Positions 9,903-21,653 of a stretch of DNA of 64,000 nt are shown one piece after another. Location of the stretch: assembly GCA_963837175.1 (NCBI GenBank), contig CAWIMJ010000012.1, positions 32,001-96,000 of the forward strand. The letters run 5' to 3'. This DNA comes from an uncultured Nitrososphaeraceae archaeon. GTDB lineage: Archaea > Thermoproteota > Nitrososphaeria > Nitrososphaerales > Nitrososphaeraceae. The translations under genes and the position numbers were made by a program. The stretch's first letter is position 1, and each line of letters starts with the position of its first letter. Under the pieces are notes generated by a model. That model did no database searches, had not been told where the DNA came from, and saw nothing but the letters and a program-made list of their open reading frames with translations.

Positions 9903-11342
9903 ATGACAACTGACACGAAACGATCGACAGAGATACAACGACTCTCCGCAGGAGACCTTAAACCACTTGCCTCTCTCATCGATTATCTCGACCTTGCGCA
10001 ACATTTCCCCGGTGACGCTGTGCTGAATGGCGCTGACCCAGTGATCCGTTCGCCGCACCACCTCAGCGAGGCTTCGGCGATGGCTCAGTTACTAATCGGC
10101 ATAGCTGGCGCAGCCATCTGGTATGCGCGAACAGATCAGCAGACTAACATCACAATTGACATAATTGATGCACTTCACTATATGCACCCTACTCATTTCA
10201 TTCAGCAGCAGGGTCGCCCCATGAATGTCGGGGCTGAATTTGTCGACGTGAACGACTTGTTTCTTTGTCGTGATAATCGTTATATCATGATTGAGGGGGG
10301 ACCACCATATGCGAAATTGCTGAAGGGATATTTGAATTTCTTTGATTGTGGTTACAACAAGAAATCCATTGCTCGCGAAGTCGCAAAGTGGGATTCAACT
10401 GATCTAGAAGCGGCTTTGGCAAAGGCGGGTCTTCCCGTATCCCCTACCTTAACCCGCGAGGAGTGGCTTGTACATCCGCAAGGCAATGCCCTAAGCGAGA
10501 CACCGGTTATTGAGATCGACAAGATAGCCAACGGCCCGCCCGTGCAATTCGACGATGGCGGAACCTCCCCGTTACAAGGCATTCGCGTTCTAGACTTCAC
10601 TCACGTTCTTGCTGGTCCTCGTAGTGCCCGTACGCTCGCAGAATATGGCGCGGATGTACTACATATCAGTTCGCCGGCCTATCCCGACACATTAGCACAG
10701 CATCTAGGCGTAGATGAGGGTAAAAGATGTGCTTATCTCGATCTGCGTGAAGTCACCGATCGGAAGACGATGCAGCGGCTCGTCACTCAGGCTGACGTCT
10801 TCACTAACAGTTATCGACCTGGGGTGAATACCCGCTTCGGGCTGATACCGGCTGAACTTGCTGCATCTAGCGAGCGAGGTATAATTTGTATGGATATCAA
10901 TGCATTTGGTCATTCTGGCCCCTGGGCTAAACGTCCTGGCTTTGACCAGGTTGCTCAAGCCGCTACTGGTTTTGCTACGAAGGAGGGAGAGCCCGATAAA
11001 CCCAGATTCTCGCCTGTTTTCTATGTGGGCGATCTCATGGCCGGCTATTTCGCGGCTGCTGGTATGATGGCAGCGTTGCTACGTCGATCGATTGAAGGTG
11101 GATCATACCACGTAAAGATCTCACTAGCGCGCAGCGAGATGTGGGTACAGGAGCTGGGCTTTCTTGACACTGCCGTACAGACATCTATACCGGCGAATGA
11201 TACCTATCCGGTTAAAATGACATCAATTGATTCGGTTTACGGGAAATTATCTTTTCCTGCCCCACCTCTTGTTTTCAGCAATCTGGTTCTACCAAATGAT
11301 GTGAGTCTTACGCCTTATGGGGCTGACGCGCCGGAATGGTAG
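9903..11342 (+). CDS. Family III CoA-transferase (CaiB/BaiF)
   Basis: PLQGIRVLDFTHVLAGP, LAEYGADVL, GKR...LDL, ADVFTNSYRPG, RPGFDQVAQAATG (catalytic Asp). Visibly GC-richer than its flanks. Confidence 0.92.
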   Translation: MTTDTKRSTEIQRLSAGDLKPLASLIDYLDLAQHFPGDAVLNGADPVIRSPHHLSEASAMAQLLIGIAGAAIWYARTDQQTNITIDIIDALHYMHPTHFIQQQGRPMNVGAEFVDVNDLFLCRDNRYIMIEGGPPYAKLLKGYLNFFDCGYNKKSIAREVAKWDSTDLEAALAKAGLPVSPTLTREEWLVHPQGNALSETPVIEIDKIANGPPVQFDDGGTSPLQGIRVLDFTHVLAGPRSARTLAEYGADVLHISSPAYPDTLAQHLGVDEGKRCAYLDLREVTDRKTMQRLVTQADVFTNSYRPGVNTRFGLIPAELAASSERGIICMDINAFGHSGPWAKRPGFDQVAQAATGFATKEGEPDKPRFSPVFYVGDLMAGYFAAAGMMAALLRRSIEGGSYHVKISLARSEMWVQELGFLDTAVQTSIPANDTYPVKMTSIDSVYGKLSFPAPPLVFSNLVLPNDVSLTPYGADAPEW

Positions 11343-11344
11343 GA

Positions 11345-11468
11345 TTCGACGAAGAAGGCTTTGGCCCAATTGCAGTGATCACGACGTTGCAGGGACGACC
11401 ATGAGGCGATCGCGCAGGCAAACACAACGCAGTATGGAATCATAGCGACCGGCGTCTGGTCCGATATA
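11345..11468 (+). pseudogene. Aldehyde dehydrogenase C-terminal remnant
   Basis: Manual translation FDEEGFGPIAVITT / DDHEAIAQANTTQYGIIATGVWSD (one frameshift) matches the ALDH EEIFGPV...A..AN.T.YGL...VWS signature. Confidence 0.7.
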
Positions 11469-11501
11469 ATCCTGATCGGCATCTTCATTTTTGCATTCAC
11501 T

Positions 11502-11813
11502 ATGCCAATAATCTTCCAAAAAACTTGGGCTCAGAATAATAGTACAATTGGTAATAACAATTTCGATGTGTATACGAATGCATCTAAACCATATGGTCTG
11601 ATCTACGGTGAATGGACTGCTAAATGGTGGCAATGGGTCTACTCGGTACCGAGAAGTGTTAATCCTTCTTATGATGATTCTGGGAGGTATTGTTCTGAAG
11701 GTCAAAATAGGCCTGTTTATTTTCTAACAAGTAGTTATAAGCATTCGGTAGATCGCAATCCTTTTTTGAGACATTGGGTCTTAATGATATCTTTCCAAGG
11801 TCACTCAATATAA
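11502..11813 (+). pseudogene. Truncated secreted protein of a Nitrososphaera-type family
   Basis: KPYGLIYGEWTAKWWQW...NPSYDDSGRYC...PVYFL is the N-terminal block of a longer family; similarity is lost after about residue 80. Confidence 0.55.
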
Positions 11814-12345
11814 CTACAATCGATCAAACGTGTGCGTACCTAGAATCAATATCTGGTAACGAGAGACATTTGGAGCCGACGATAAATGTCATTAGTGACG
11901 CATTTGGACTAGCCTCTTTAAATTCGCTCTGACAGATGATATTCATGATCCGATAAAATAATAATAGCTGCAATAAACCTAGCAATAGCTTTTTGTCCGA
12001 TGACAGTTAACACTTTTACAACTATGTCCTTCGCGTTTTATAATGGCTAAACTCTAGCCTATAGCTTGATTTTCTTTCTTTGTATAAGCTCAACTATACT
12101 AACTAACAAAAGTTCTTTTACAGATTTTTCTTAATATGTAAGGTTTACTATGCTTAAAAAATCCTTTTACTTGATTTTAAAAGATATACGAAATTATGTT
12201 AGGCAGTATAGTCTACTATAGTGCCTCTTACTATAAGATGGATATTTTTAAACTTACCTATCGGTTCTTATATCTACTAGCTGACTGACTGGCTGACTAA
12301 CCTAAAAGGTCTTGTTAGTTGTGTTCACTATCGTAGTTGTTACTA

Positions 12346-12636
12346 CTATATCAGACTCTCCGCTGCTATAATCTTCCCGACGGTAGTAGCGGTATCATCA
12401 TTGTCTGAATCAATAGAAGAGTTGGAATCAGATGTTGTGGCATCATAATCATTTGGTGGTGAAACCTGATTTTCTTTGGCATCTGTATTAGAATCAATTG
12501 TTATCGTAGTGCCACAATTTTTAACCTTGTCATCATCTCTCATCATCAGCTTCTTACCATCAGCATCAGCAGCATCACTTGATTCACTTCCTGAATCTTT
12601 TTCTGATCCAAAAGTGTTGGACTCCCTAGATCTCAA
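12346..12636 (-). CDS. Low-complexity Asp/Ser-rich hypothetical protein
   Basis: 96-aa ORF with biased composition and no recognisable domain. Confidence 0.35.
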   Translation of the reverse strand: MRSRESNTFGSEKDSGSESSDAADADGKKLMMRDDDKVKNCGTTITIDSNTDAKENQVSPPNDYDATTSDSNSSIDSDNDDTATTVGKIIAAESLI

Positions 12637-12976
12637 TATATATTAGATTAGCGATCTGATATGTAGTCAACCCTTTTGAAAGCATTGAGTTTATGAGATT
12701 TCACCGATGCTCTATCATCCTTGATGTCTGGGCACGGGTCGCAGTAAGATACTTCTTTGGAATTGAATTCTTAATATTTTCAATATCACTTTCAGTTATA
12801 TGATTAGGTGCATGAATTACCATGTTTTAAGACTCCCTGCCTCTCCCCTCTTTCTATTTCTCTATAAAGTACATTGTAAGAAACTAGCGTATATCTCTTT
12901 AATTTCTTCAAGAAAGAAGACTAGCCATAGATATACAGGATTAAACAAAATAGTAGTGGTAGTGTGGTAGTAGTAT

Positions 12977-13438
12977 TCATGTTTGCACGTATTTGGTCTT
13001 GATTTTCTCACGCTTTACAATTGCTACGAAAAATAGACCAAGGGCTGCGAAACTCATAACTGCTAAAAGTAACTCCAAAATAGTAGATTCAATTTCAGGC
13101 ATGAAAATATCAAGTCTTGATACTATTGTACGGATAGCAAATAATCCAAATGCACCTGCAACAAAGAGCAGCTTCTTAGACCTAAGATTCCTATAAGCTA
13201 TTAATGATAAAGCAAAGAGAATTGCTGCGAATATTCCGGTTCCAAAATCAAATATATCAGCTACATCTCCCCTATCCAATAAATCATTCCCATCTTCATC
13301 ACCATTCTGCTCAGCAATAACTAATGGATTAGAAGAAAGGAGAAAGAAAGCGATTGAAAGAAGCAGGATTATTGTTGTTATAACTGATAACATAGAAGAA
13401 GAAGTAGAGATATAGTTACGATGATGACGAAATTTCAT
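12977..13438 (-). CDS. Membrane protein, 4 hydrophobic segments
   Basis: Signal/TM helix, acidic loop, three TM helices; starts 5 nt after the wHTH regulator's stop codon, probably an operon. Confidence 0.75.
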   Translation of the reverse strand: MKFRHHRNYISTSSSMLSVITTIILLLSIAFFLLSSNPLVIAEQNGDEDGNDLLDRGDVADIFDFGTGIFAAILFALSLIAYRNLRSKKLLFVAGAFGLFAIRTIVSRLDIFMPEIESTILELLLAVMSFAALGLFFVAIVKREKIKTKYVQT

Positions 13439-13443
13439 ATTGG

Positions 13444-14145
13444 CTACTGTTCTCCTATTTTTTTATGTTTGTCTTCATCGTTATCTTGATCTTCATATTC
13501 TTCTTTTTCAATTACTTGTTGTTTTTTTCTATTGATGGTTATATCCTCATTTGCAACACCTACACTGTAGGATCGCGATGCTGTTGATAGATCCAAGAAA
13601 AGGTCAGCTAACCTGGATGATAATTTGCTCCAGATTGTCGGGTAGTATAACTTTAGAAGACTAGTTATGTCTTTGATGTCTCCTTTTATGTAGTATTTTA
13701 CAAAATGTCTGTCCTTCTGGGCTCTAACCAAGCCAATTTCTATTAAATTCGACATGTGCCAATTGATCGTTGGTGAAGAGAAACCCATATGATCGGCTAT
13801 TTCACTTTGTGTGGCTCCAGGATGTTCTAATATATGTATCACTATTTCTCTTGGTGTCTCTTGTTGAAGTGTAGCTAGTATAGATTCTTCTCGTCCTTCC
13901 AAAATAGAAACTGTGTAGTAAACTTTGTAGATACCTATGCGTTTTGACTTTACTACCCCAGATTTTTCAAGATTTCTCAAATGATATTGAGTATCTCCCA
14001 TAGCTAAGGTAAGCTCCTTGTTGATCTTCCTAAGATGGGATCCAGGTTTATTCTTAATGTAATCATAGATGCGGCTCCTATTGTCTGGAATGTTAAGATG
14101 ATGATGATTATGTTTTTCATTATCGTTATCACTATCATTGTGCAA
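13444..14145 (-). CDS. Tandem winged-HTH (ArsR-like) transcriptional regulator
   Basis: RIYDYIKNKPGSHLRKI...TQYHLRNLEKSG and ILEHPGATQSEIA...TINWHMSNL. Confidence 0.88.
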   Translation of the reverse strand: MHNDSDNDNEKHNHHHLNIPDNRSRIYDYIKNKPGSHLRKINKELTLAMGDTQYHLRNLEKSGVVKSKRIGIYKVYYTVSILEGREESILATLQQETPREIVIHILEHPGATQSEIADHMGFSSPTINWHMSNLIEIGLVRAQKDRHFVKYYIKGDIKDITSLLKLYYPTIWSKLSSRLADLFLDLSTASRSYSVGVANEDITINRKKQQVIEKEEYEDQDNDEDKHKKIGEQ

Positions 14146-14360
14146 GCGAATCTCTCCATTATTCTCCTGCTATCTTTTTCCATTATTCTTCAATTGAGTA
14201 TAATGAGGAAAAACACACTTGTATAATATACATCTTCTTTTTCTTACTTGCGGTACGGTTCTCTAAATCCAAGCTATAAAGCATGCTGAGAAACTAAAGA
14301 AATACATACATTGTTTAGGCATATGTTCCTCAATTATTATATACAAAAAATCAGTCTTTA

Positions 14361-14702
14361 ATGCAAGAAGGAAATAAAATGAATCTAATATATGCGCTAA
14401 TAATGATCGGGACAGCGTCCTTTATGTTTAGTGGTGTGACTTTATTTTCTAATCTCTTTGCTGCGTCTTCAAATGCTTCAATAATATCTAAAATAAAAGC
14501 AATATCTCAAGAGGAAAACAATGATCTGAATCTTTTTGACCTGACAAGAAAACATACTCGCATACTTCCTCATCAGACCGTTGATGTAGCAATAATGAAC
14601 ATTTCGGCTCAACCTTTTGATGGTAAATCTTTAGGACTTGAAAATGAAAATGGCCACAATAGTGTATTCTATATACCAACAAAGCCAATAGTAACAGCCT
14701 GA
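14361..14702 (+). CDS. Hypothetical secreted or membrane-anchored protein
   Basis: N-terminal hydrophobic helix; 113 aa. Confidence 0.5.
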   Translation: MQEGNKMNLIYALIMIGTASFMFSGVTLFSNLFAASSNASIISKIKAISQEENNDLNLFDLTRKHTRILPHQTVDVAIMNISAQPFDGKSLGLENENGHNSVFYIPTKPIVTA

Positions 14703-15283
14703 TAAAGAATATGAGTAGGTCGGCAAATCCTTAATGGTGTGGAGATTATCTATTTTTCACCACATCATAGTTTCTTTATAACGAAGAATAAATCTATCCA
14801 ATACGAGAGATCAGAAATTTATCATTGTATTAAATGTAATAATTATCAGTAATCTTATAAATTACGTTTCTAATAAAAGAAGATGTAGAGGCATAATAAG
14901 TAACATCCTCAAATAAACAATATTACATCAAAATTAGCAGTTATCGTATTATCTGTTGGATTAATTACCGGAATATCTCTTGTTCCTGCAATTCAACCTG
15001 GCGCATACGGGCAACTAGTGCAAATAGGATATCTGTAGAAATATACTTCCATTTCAAAGGTTTGTTGGATAGTGTTTGTCATCCTAGAATATCCTATTTT
15101 CTTGCAGTGATCTGGCACATGCAATCTCTAGACAAATTGCAACAGCCATCATTTAACCAAATCAAATATAGGCAGCATAATCTTATAATATCTTCTCTTT
15201 TACTTTTTCACTTCTCTTGCTCCCTTGTTGGTGCTTCAATTCGTATCTTACACATGAACTACAGAACTTTATCTGTAAATAAA

Positions 15284-15532
15284 ATGAATGATAATAATGA
15301 ATCAACAAAAGAAGCAGTACCCACACCAACACCATTATTAAAAATAATTGAAGACATGCTGCATGACAGAATCGCCAAGAAGAAAGTAGAGACCCGCAAG
15401 CGCCATGAAATAGCAGAGACAGAAAAGATATGGACTGAGATTGAAACATTGCAATGGGTGCTATCAGAGAGTCTTAGTATCAGAAGAAGAAGACGATTAG
15501 AGGGTCTGGAAGAGCAGCACCGATACTACTAG
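15284..15532 (+). CDS. Small helical hypothetical protein
   Basis: Likely start MNDNNEST at 15284 inside the longer ORF; contains IWTEIETLQWVL. Confidence 0.55.
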   Translation: MNDNNESTKEAVPTPTPLLKIIEDMLHDRIAKKKVETRKRHEIAETEKIWTEIETLQWVLSESLSIRRRRRLEGLEEQHRYY

Positions 15533-15681
15533 GAGGATGTGGGAAAAAGCGAAAGATGGAAAAGAGAATATAATAGATAGACAGTCAGATTCAGGAGTCT
15601 ATTACATTATCATATATACTCAATACCCTGTTTACCCTGTTTAATACTCAATTTTATTTAACAAATGGCTGTTTATCGGTC

Positions 15682-16065
15682 TTAAGCTGTAATGTTGTCG
15701 CCGATAATCTTTTTTATATTTTCAATTAATTCGTTATGATGGGATTCTTCTTTCTCAATAGAAACTCGTAATATATGGTGGTTATCTAATGGAAATGAAG
15801 CAAGTTTTATCTTCTCTCTTTCTGAAAAACTATAAACTGTTTTACCAAACTCTTTATCAAATTCTTCACGCATTACACTTCTAAGAGCAAATTCTACATA
15901 TAGTTTTTGAGAATCATCTTTGTCTTCCATTGATTTTATACCTTGTCTCATTCCTCCTGCTACAAATTTTCCAATTTTGTCAATAACTACAGCAGAACGT
16001 ATAGTTGAACTGAGTGCAAATATGTCATTACATAGTTTTTCAAAGTTATGATAGCTGTCAGACAT
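15682..16065 (-). CDS. DUF6659 roadblock/LC7-like protein
   Basis: IRSAVVIDKIGKFVAGGMRQG...REEFDKEFGKTVYSFSEREKIKLASFPL. Confidence 0.8.
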   Translation of the reverse strand: MSDSYHNFEKLCNDIFALSSTIRSAVVIDKIGKFVAGGMRQGIKSMEDKDDSQKLYVEFALRSVMREEFDKEFGKTVYSFSEREKIKLASFPLDNHHILRVSIEKEESHHNELIENIKKIIGDNITA

Positions 16066-16702
16066 ATGTGTAATCTCTTTTTCTCTCTATCCAACCCTAT
16101 AGATATAAAGATGCTTATTTTTCTTATATTACAGCATTAGTGTATTTAAAATTACATTACAAGAGAATATATGCATTAGATTAATTATAAAAATAATATA
16201 TTTGTACGTGTAAATATTTATCCATTTTACAATTGCCAAAAGCATCATATGCAACGAACGCTGTTGTGATCATAAAAAATATTATGATGGCTAAATATGG
16301 ATCAGCAATAGTGTTGAAAAGCTTACAAATATCTAAAAGCCAGTAAAATTGATAGGCCTTTTGCTATTCATAATATATATTATTTTACCATGTTATCTAG
16401 TTAATTATTAAGTTTTAATAGAGATGGATAGAAATAACAAGTTTTCCGAAATTTAGTGATGTATTATGCTCTTACTTCTTTGTATATACAATCTTATCCT
16501 TCTAGTGATGCTTTCTTTTTTTACAACCTCAATAATAATGGTGAGATTAGTCTTGGTTAGTGCTACTGATGATGATAGCGGCCATTCTTCTAGGTACATA
16601 TCTGTATAGATGTGAGTCATCATCGTCGTCATGTTATTCTGGTGAGCGATTACGTGACGCTGCTATTGTTTCATGATCACAGTGTACTTCTTTTCTTTCT
16701 TT

Positions 16703-17134
16703 CTATCGTTGCCGAGCAAAATACTCGCGATTCTCAATCATCTGTCTAACTAGATGCCGATGGCAGAATTGACCTTCTTTTTCAATACATAACAAAGTGA
16801 TTGTTTTATTTTCTTTATTATTATTATCAATCGCTTTATTGCGTAACATTACAAGCAGTCTCAGAGCATTTTGATTCTTCATTATTTCATTGTTAAATCG
16901 TGTTATATATTCTCCTTTGGATATTCTCTTCTTATTCTTGTCTTTAGGATACCAGTCTCTGTGAAGTTCCTTGCTTGGCGCCAAGTCTCTAAGCCAATCA
17001 ACAATACGCAATTGATTCTTTGACTTTGGTCTAGCCCAATATCGCATTATTAGATATCTTTCCCCATCTTCTTTATCGTCAATCGGATCATTATACGACT
17101 TTGTTTTAACTGGCATTTCTTCTCTGCATTCCAT
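16703..17134 (-). CDS. DUF488 family protein
   Basis: DGERYLIMRYWAR, LAPSKEL, ITLLCIEKEGQFCHRHLV. Probable start at MPVKTK. Confidence 0.8.
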   Translation of the reverse strand: MECREEMPVKTKSYNDPIDDKEDGERYLIMRYWARPKSKNQLRIVDWLRDLAPSKELHRDWYPKDKNKKRISKGEYITRFNNEIMKNQNALRLLVMLRNKAIDNNNKENKTITLLCIEKEGQFCHRHLVRQMIENREYFARQR

Positions 17135-17671
17135 GATGATTTTTATCTCATCCTACTTCTTTTTCTTTCCTGCTTCTATTGCTATTTGTCGTCGCCGTTG
17201 CTATGACTACTGTTTTTGTTGTTGTCGTTCATGCTGATACCCTATTATCACTCCTCTAATTGTGGGGCTGTCGCAACATTAGATTATTTTGCTGCTGCAT
17301 CTCCTGCACTGCTACTATCGCCGCTGGTATTACTATCTCCACCACCGCCGCCACTCTCCATATATAGCATTAAAATTGTAAAAATCAGATATAAAAGTTG
17401 ATTTCTATAGGTCACATTGTCATCTAAAGCGTTAGGTAATACCTTATAAAATCTGAAAAATATGAAAATAAATGTATGTAAGTAGAGAGAGGATGAATTC
17501 GAACGGCACTAGTAAGTTTTAATTCAAATAGAATGGAGATTTACATATCAATCTCTTCAATAAAAGAAGATAAAGCAGTTCAAACTAAAGCAGAAAAAAA
17601 GTATTAACTTAGGCAAGGCACAAATATTTATGGACATCTCGATACAAAAAAACTCGCTAATTGAATAGTCA

Positions 17672-19137
17672 CTAAATCTCAATTGCCATATGCGCTACTC
17701 GTCTTCTTAGCATCAATGCAAACCCAAGCGAGACTGTTGACAGTAATGCTGACGTGATATAGACTAGATTATATGAGTTCAGAGAAGGATACGACCCTTG
17801 ATCTCCTTTGATCGTCTCGTGATTCTCCATATACACGCCTGCCAGTGCCGGACCTATTGCCATTCCTATAAACAACAAGAGAGCGCCCACTCCTACTGAT
17901 ATGCCGATGAATGATTTGGGCGATGATGACACGACGATGTTCCACGTTGCAGTAATTGTCATCGAGAGGCCGGATGCAATAATGGCTAGATTAGTAGATA
18001 CTGCGAATTCTGTAGAGTGAAACATTACCAGTCCGAGTGACCCAATCAGGCTGATTATGGTACCGATTGTGATAGGCATTAGCTTTCCTATTCGATTTAT
18101 GATAAGTGGAGTTATGCTTGCAAAGACTAGGAACATGATCATAAAAGGAAGCTGGACATTTGCGGCGTCTACTGCATCACCTCCGAATCCCAGCGGCACA
18201 GGGCTTCTTACCAGTTGCACTATAGCTGGGTATGCCATGAACATTGTAATTCCGGTGGCCATCAATATGATGTACGAAGGCAGGAGAGTCTTGTCTTTTA
18301 GCAATCTTAGGTCAACCAATGGCAATGTGATTCTTCTCTCTATGATGACAAAGACAGTCAATGAAATTACTGAAACTACAAATGCAACTCCAATCTGTGG
18401 CAGAGTCTCAGAGTTTATTCCTGTCTCTACGAGTGTCAGTGCCATAAGAAACGCAATTATTGTTGCAGAAAGCGCCAACGCTCCCTTCATATCTATGGAA
18501 GGCGCTGCCCGCTTTTTACCCATGTTTTCTTGAGTATTGACAGGAGCCATTAATTGCCCTTTGTTTTCTTTTACGAATTTGGCAATCATAAATGTCACTG
18601 CGCCGCAAATGGAACTATGGAGAAGAAAGTAGAATGCCATCCAAAGCTCTGAATGATGGTGGCTCCTGCCAAGAGGCCGACAACCGAACCTGCAGAGTAC
18701 ATAGATCCAAACACTCCTACGGCGATCGCAAGCTTGGCTGGTGGAAATGTGTCCCTTAGGAGGCTGAAGGCTGCCGGGACTGCGGCCAAGCCCACACCCT
18801 GGATTATCCTGCTTGCTAATAGGAATAATATGTTGTCTGCAAAACCTCCGGCGGCTATTCCAGCTGCATACATCGTCAGTAGCACCAGCAATACCTTCTT
18901 TTTACCGTAGAGGTCAGACATTTTGCCAGCGATAGGAGTCATCACGGCTGCAACAATCAGGTACGAACTGAATATCCACGCTGCCGTCCCATAAGATATA
19001 CTAAAGTCTTGCATGATCTCTGGGATGGCCGGAAGGAGCATGGTTTCTGAGAAAAAGACTACCAAGAGTGTGCTGCTAAGTATCCCAAGAGTAACCCACG
19101 CATCACGATTGACAGTAACGGAATCTAACGACGTCAT
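17672..19137 (-). pseudogene. MFS drug-resistance (DHA2-like) transporter split by one frameshift near 18600
   Basis: ORFs 18595-19137 (motif A GKMSDLYGKK, ASRIIQGVG) and 17672-18640 (PLVDLRLL) overlap and join into one MFS. Could be a real mutation or a sequencing indel. Confidence 0.85.
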
Positions 19138-19150
19138 ATAGCGACAATAG

Positions 19151-19253
19151 GTGTATATGCACTCTTATAAGTGTATCTACACGTATTTGTACCTAAGTTT
19201 CACTCATATTGATATCGAAGTAAACCTTTTATTAGTAATATGTGTATATCAAC
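19151..19253. promoter_or_regulatory. Three imperfect 12-bp palindromes, putative MarR operators
   Basis: GTGTATATGCAC (19151-19162), GTGTATCTACAC (19171-19182) and GTGTATATCAAC (19242-19253) lie between the divergent MFS and MarR genes; inferred perfect palindrome GTGTATATACAC. Confidence 0.7.
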
Positions 19254-19263
19254 CTAGTTAGGA

Positions 19264-19737
19264 TTGAAGGAACGAACTATTAATACAATACTGGAACAAG
19301 GAATGTCAGCAGATTCGTGTACATGCGGTGAATTACGGAAGGCAGCTAGAGCAATAACACTACTTTATGACAACGCATTCAAGTCAAGTGGCTTGCTGTC
19401 TACACAGCTTGGTGTACTAGATGTAATCTGCAACTCTAACTCAATAAGAATTTCAGATCTTGCTGCGAAGCAAGGAATGGATAGAACGACTCTTACAAGA
19501 AATCTATCTGTTTTAGAGAGACAGGGGTTTATCAAGATCTCATCGGGAAAAGACCATCGAACGAGAATTGTGACAGCTACTCAAAAAGGACGTAGCGCCG
19601 TAGCCAAAGCTATTCCTCTCTGGATTGAAGTTCAACGCAAGGTAAAACAACAAATGGGCGAGGACGTATGGCATAATCTAATACAAAATTTGTCTCAATT
19701 TGTAAAGGTAGCCGACCAATTAAACGAATCAATATGA
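19264..19737 (+). CDS. MarR family transcriptional regulator
   Basis: CTCGELRKAARAITLLYD, MDRTTLTRNL, DHRTRIV, TQKGR; divergent from the MFS gene. Confidence 0.92.
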   Translation: MKERTINTILEQGMSADSCTCGELRKAARAITLLYDNAFKSSGLLSTQLGVLDVICNSNSIRISDLAAKQGMDRTTLTRNLSVLERQGFIKISSGKDHRTRIVTATQKGRSAVAKAIPLWIEVQRKVKQQMGEDVWHNLIQNLSQFVKVADQLNESI

Positions 19738-19886
19738 CAAGGACGCAATGAGACTTCAAATCCCACTGGTATCATAACATGTGTTACTAGGTATTGGTAT
19801 CAAAATACATTATTTCTACAAATGACATTTGGTATTGAGTAATTTATTGAAAAGCTATCTGAACCCATTCAACTATAGGGTTCAAG

Positions 19887-20018
19887 CAGATAAAGTACCT
19901 AGGTACACTTGAGAATCCTGTTGCGAAGATGATAATAGAAAATGCTAAAAATGGGGTTGAGGTTATGATTGAAATTACACCAAAATTCTTAGCATGGGAT
20001 TTTGGCAAGGCTATGTAG
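19887..20018 (+). pseudogene. C-terminal remnant, possibly of a pyridoxamine 5'-phosphate oxidase-like protein
   Basis: Manual translation QIKYLGTLENPVAKMIIENAKNGVEVMIEITPKFLAWDFGKAM*; no start codon or N-terminal half. Confidence 0.35.
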
Positions 20019-20379
20019 TTTAAGATTGATTAATTAAATTGATCGAGTATTATTGCTTCCGCGACCACAAGCAACAGAAAATTCAACACCCAAAAAATTA
20101 GCATCAATAGTAATTGAATCTCTCACGTTCTTTTGTTTCTGTTTCATAGGTTACTGATAATTTGTATTTTAAATATATCCCTTATACTAAAGATAAATCT
20201 TCTCCTCCTAGGTCATTTTCTATGGTGTTAATAGTTCAGCACCATCAGCAATCAGCAATAAAATATGAATATCACGTGATCCACTTTGAATCACATATGT
20301 CTACAATCAATGGTCTTGTCATTTAGACATTGCTAATGTTCTTAAAAATGGCTAACTTTTATAAGTTCGACTAACTTCA

Positions 20380-21653
20380 ATGGATGCGTCAGTATTGGGT
20401 CCCTCGTATCTATTGGGCAAGAAGGATTCTTTGCTCAAGCTTATTCTGTATACTGGACCTGCCCTTATTGTAAGTATGGCCTATATGGATCCTGGAAATT
20501 ATGGTACGGATATTCAGGCAGGGGCTTCTCTTAACTATAGCCTTCTTTGGGTTGTTTGGCTCTCAAGTGGTATGGCAATGCTACTTCAATATTTATCTGG
20601 AAAGATTGGAATTGCAACAGGATTATCATTACCAGAAATAATCAGAGAAAAACTCAAAACGAAGAGGAAAGCCTATGTGATATCTTACTGGTTGGCTGCT
20701 GAGGCGGCAGTAGCTGCCACAGACTTGGCTGAATATCTAGGTACTGTCATTGCTCTTAATTTGCTGTTTGGAATACCTATGATCTACGCTGGCAATATTT
20801 GGAGCTCTGGATGTAATTTTGATTTTGCTATTAGCTACACAACAGAGATTTCATATTATTGAAAGGCTATTTGCACTCTTTGTATCAATAATAGGGTTTG
20901 GCTATCTATATGAAATAGTCATTATAAACCCAGATCCATCAGCTATTTTATACCATTCATTTGTCCCCTCGCTTGCCAGCACTAATGCGATTCTTCTTGC
21001 TGTAGGAGTTATCGGAGCTACTGTGATGCCTCATGCTCTTTTTGTTCATTCTTGGCTTACAAAAAACAAGGCTCAAAACAAATCTCTGGAAGAAAGAAAG
21101 AAAATGCGAAAATTTCATCTTATAGAAAATGTTGTTTTGCTAACAATTGCAGGTGTGATTAATGCAGCTATAATGATTATGGCTGCTGCTGCCCTTTCAT
21201 TCACATAGTCCTGGTGTTGCTTCGATATCAGAAGCTTATAAAACTCTTGTACCATTATTTGGTGCAACAGCTGGAATAGTCTTTTTAATTACACTTCTTT
21301 CATCAGGCATTGCATCATCGGTTACAGGAACACTTGCTGGTCAGGCAATAATGGAAGGTCTGTTAGGAAAGAAAGTAAATGTTTGGTTGAGGCGATTTGT
21401 AACTCGATTTATCAATGTTATTCCGACTACAATTGCGATACTTTTAGGTCTTGATCCACTTAATATATTGGTATACAGCCAAGTCATTTTAAGCTTAATG
21501 ATCCCTTTGCCTATGATTCCACTAGTAATACTCTCGACAGACAAAACATTAATGAGCGAATTTGTAAATAGAAAGATAACTACAACTGTTGCAATCGTAT
21601 TCGCTGGAATCATACTTGTATTCAATTCTTATTTGTTAGTGAATATAAAGTAG
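20380..21653 (+). pseudogene. mntH: Nramp/MntH divalent metal transporter with two frameshifts
   Basis: AYMDPGNY, GATVMPHALF, TLAGQAIMEG and SQVILS are spread over three frames, with breaks near 20795 and 21195. Confidence 0.9.

Noticed and set aside
17216-17401. 61-aa ORF with a poly-Pro run
   Set aside because: Low-complexity triplet sequence in the upstream region of the DUF488 gene; no coding support.
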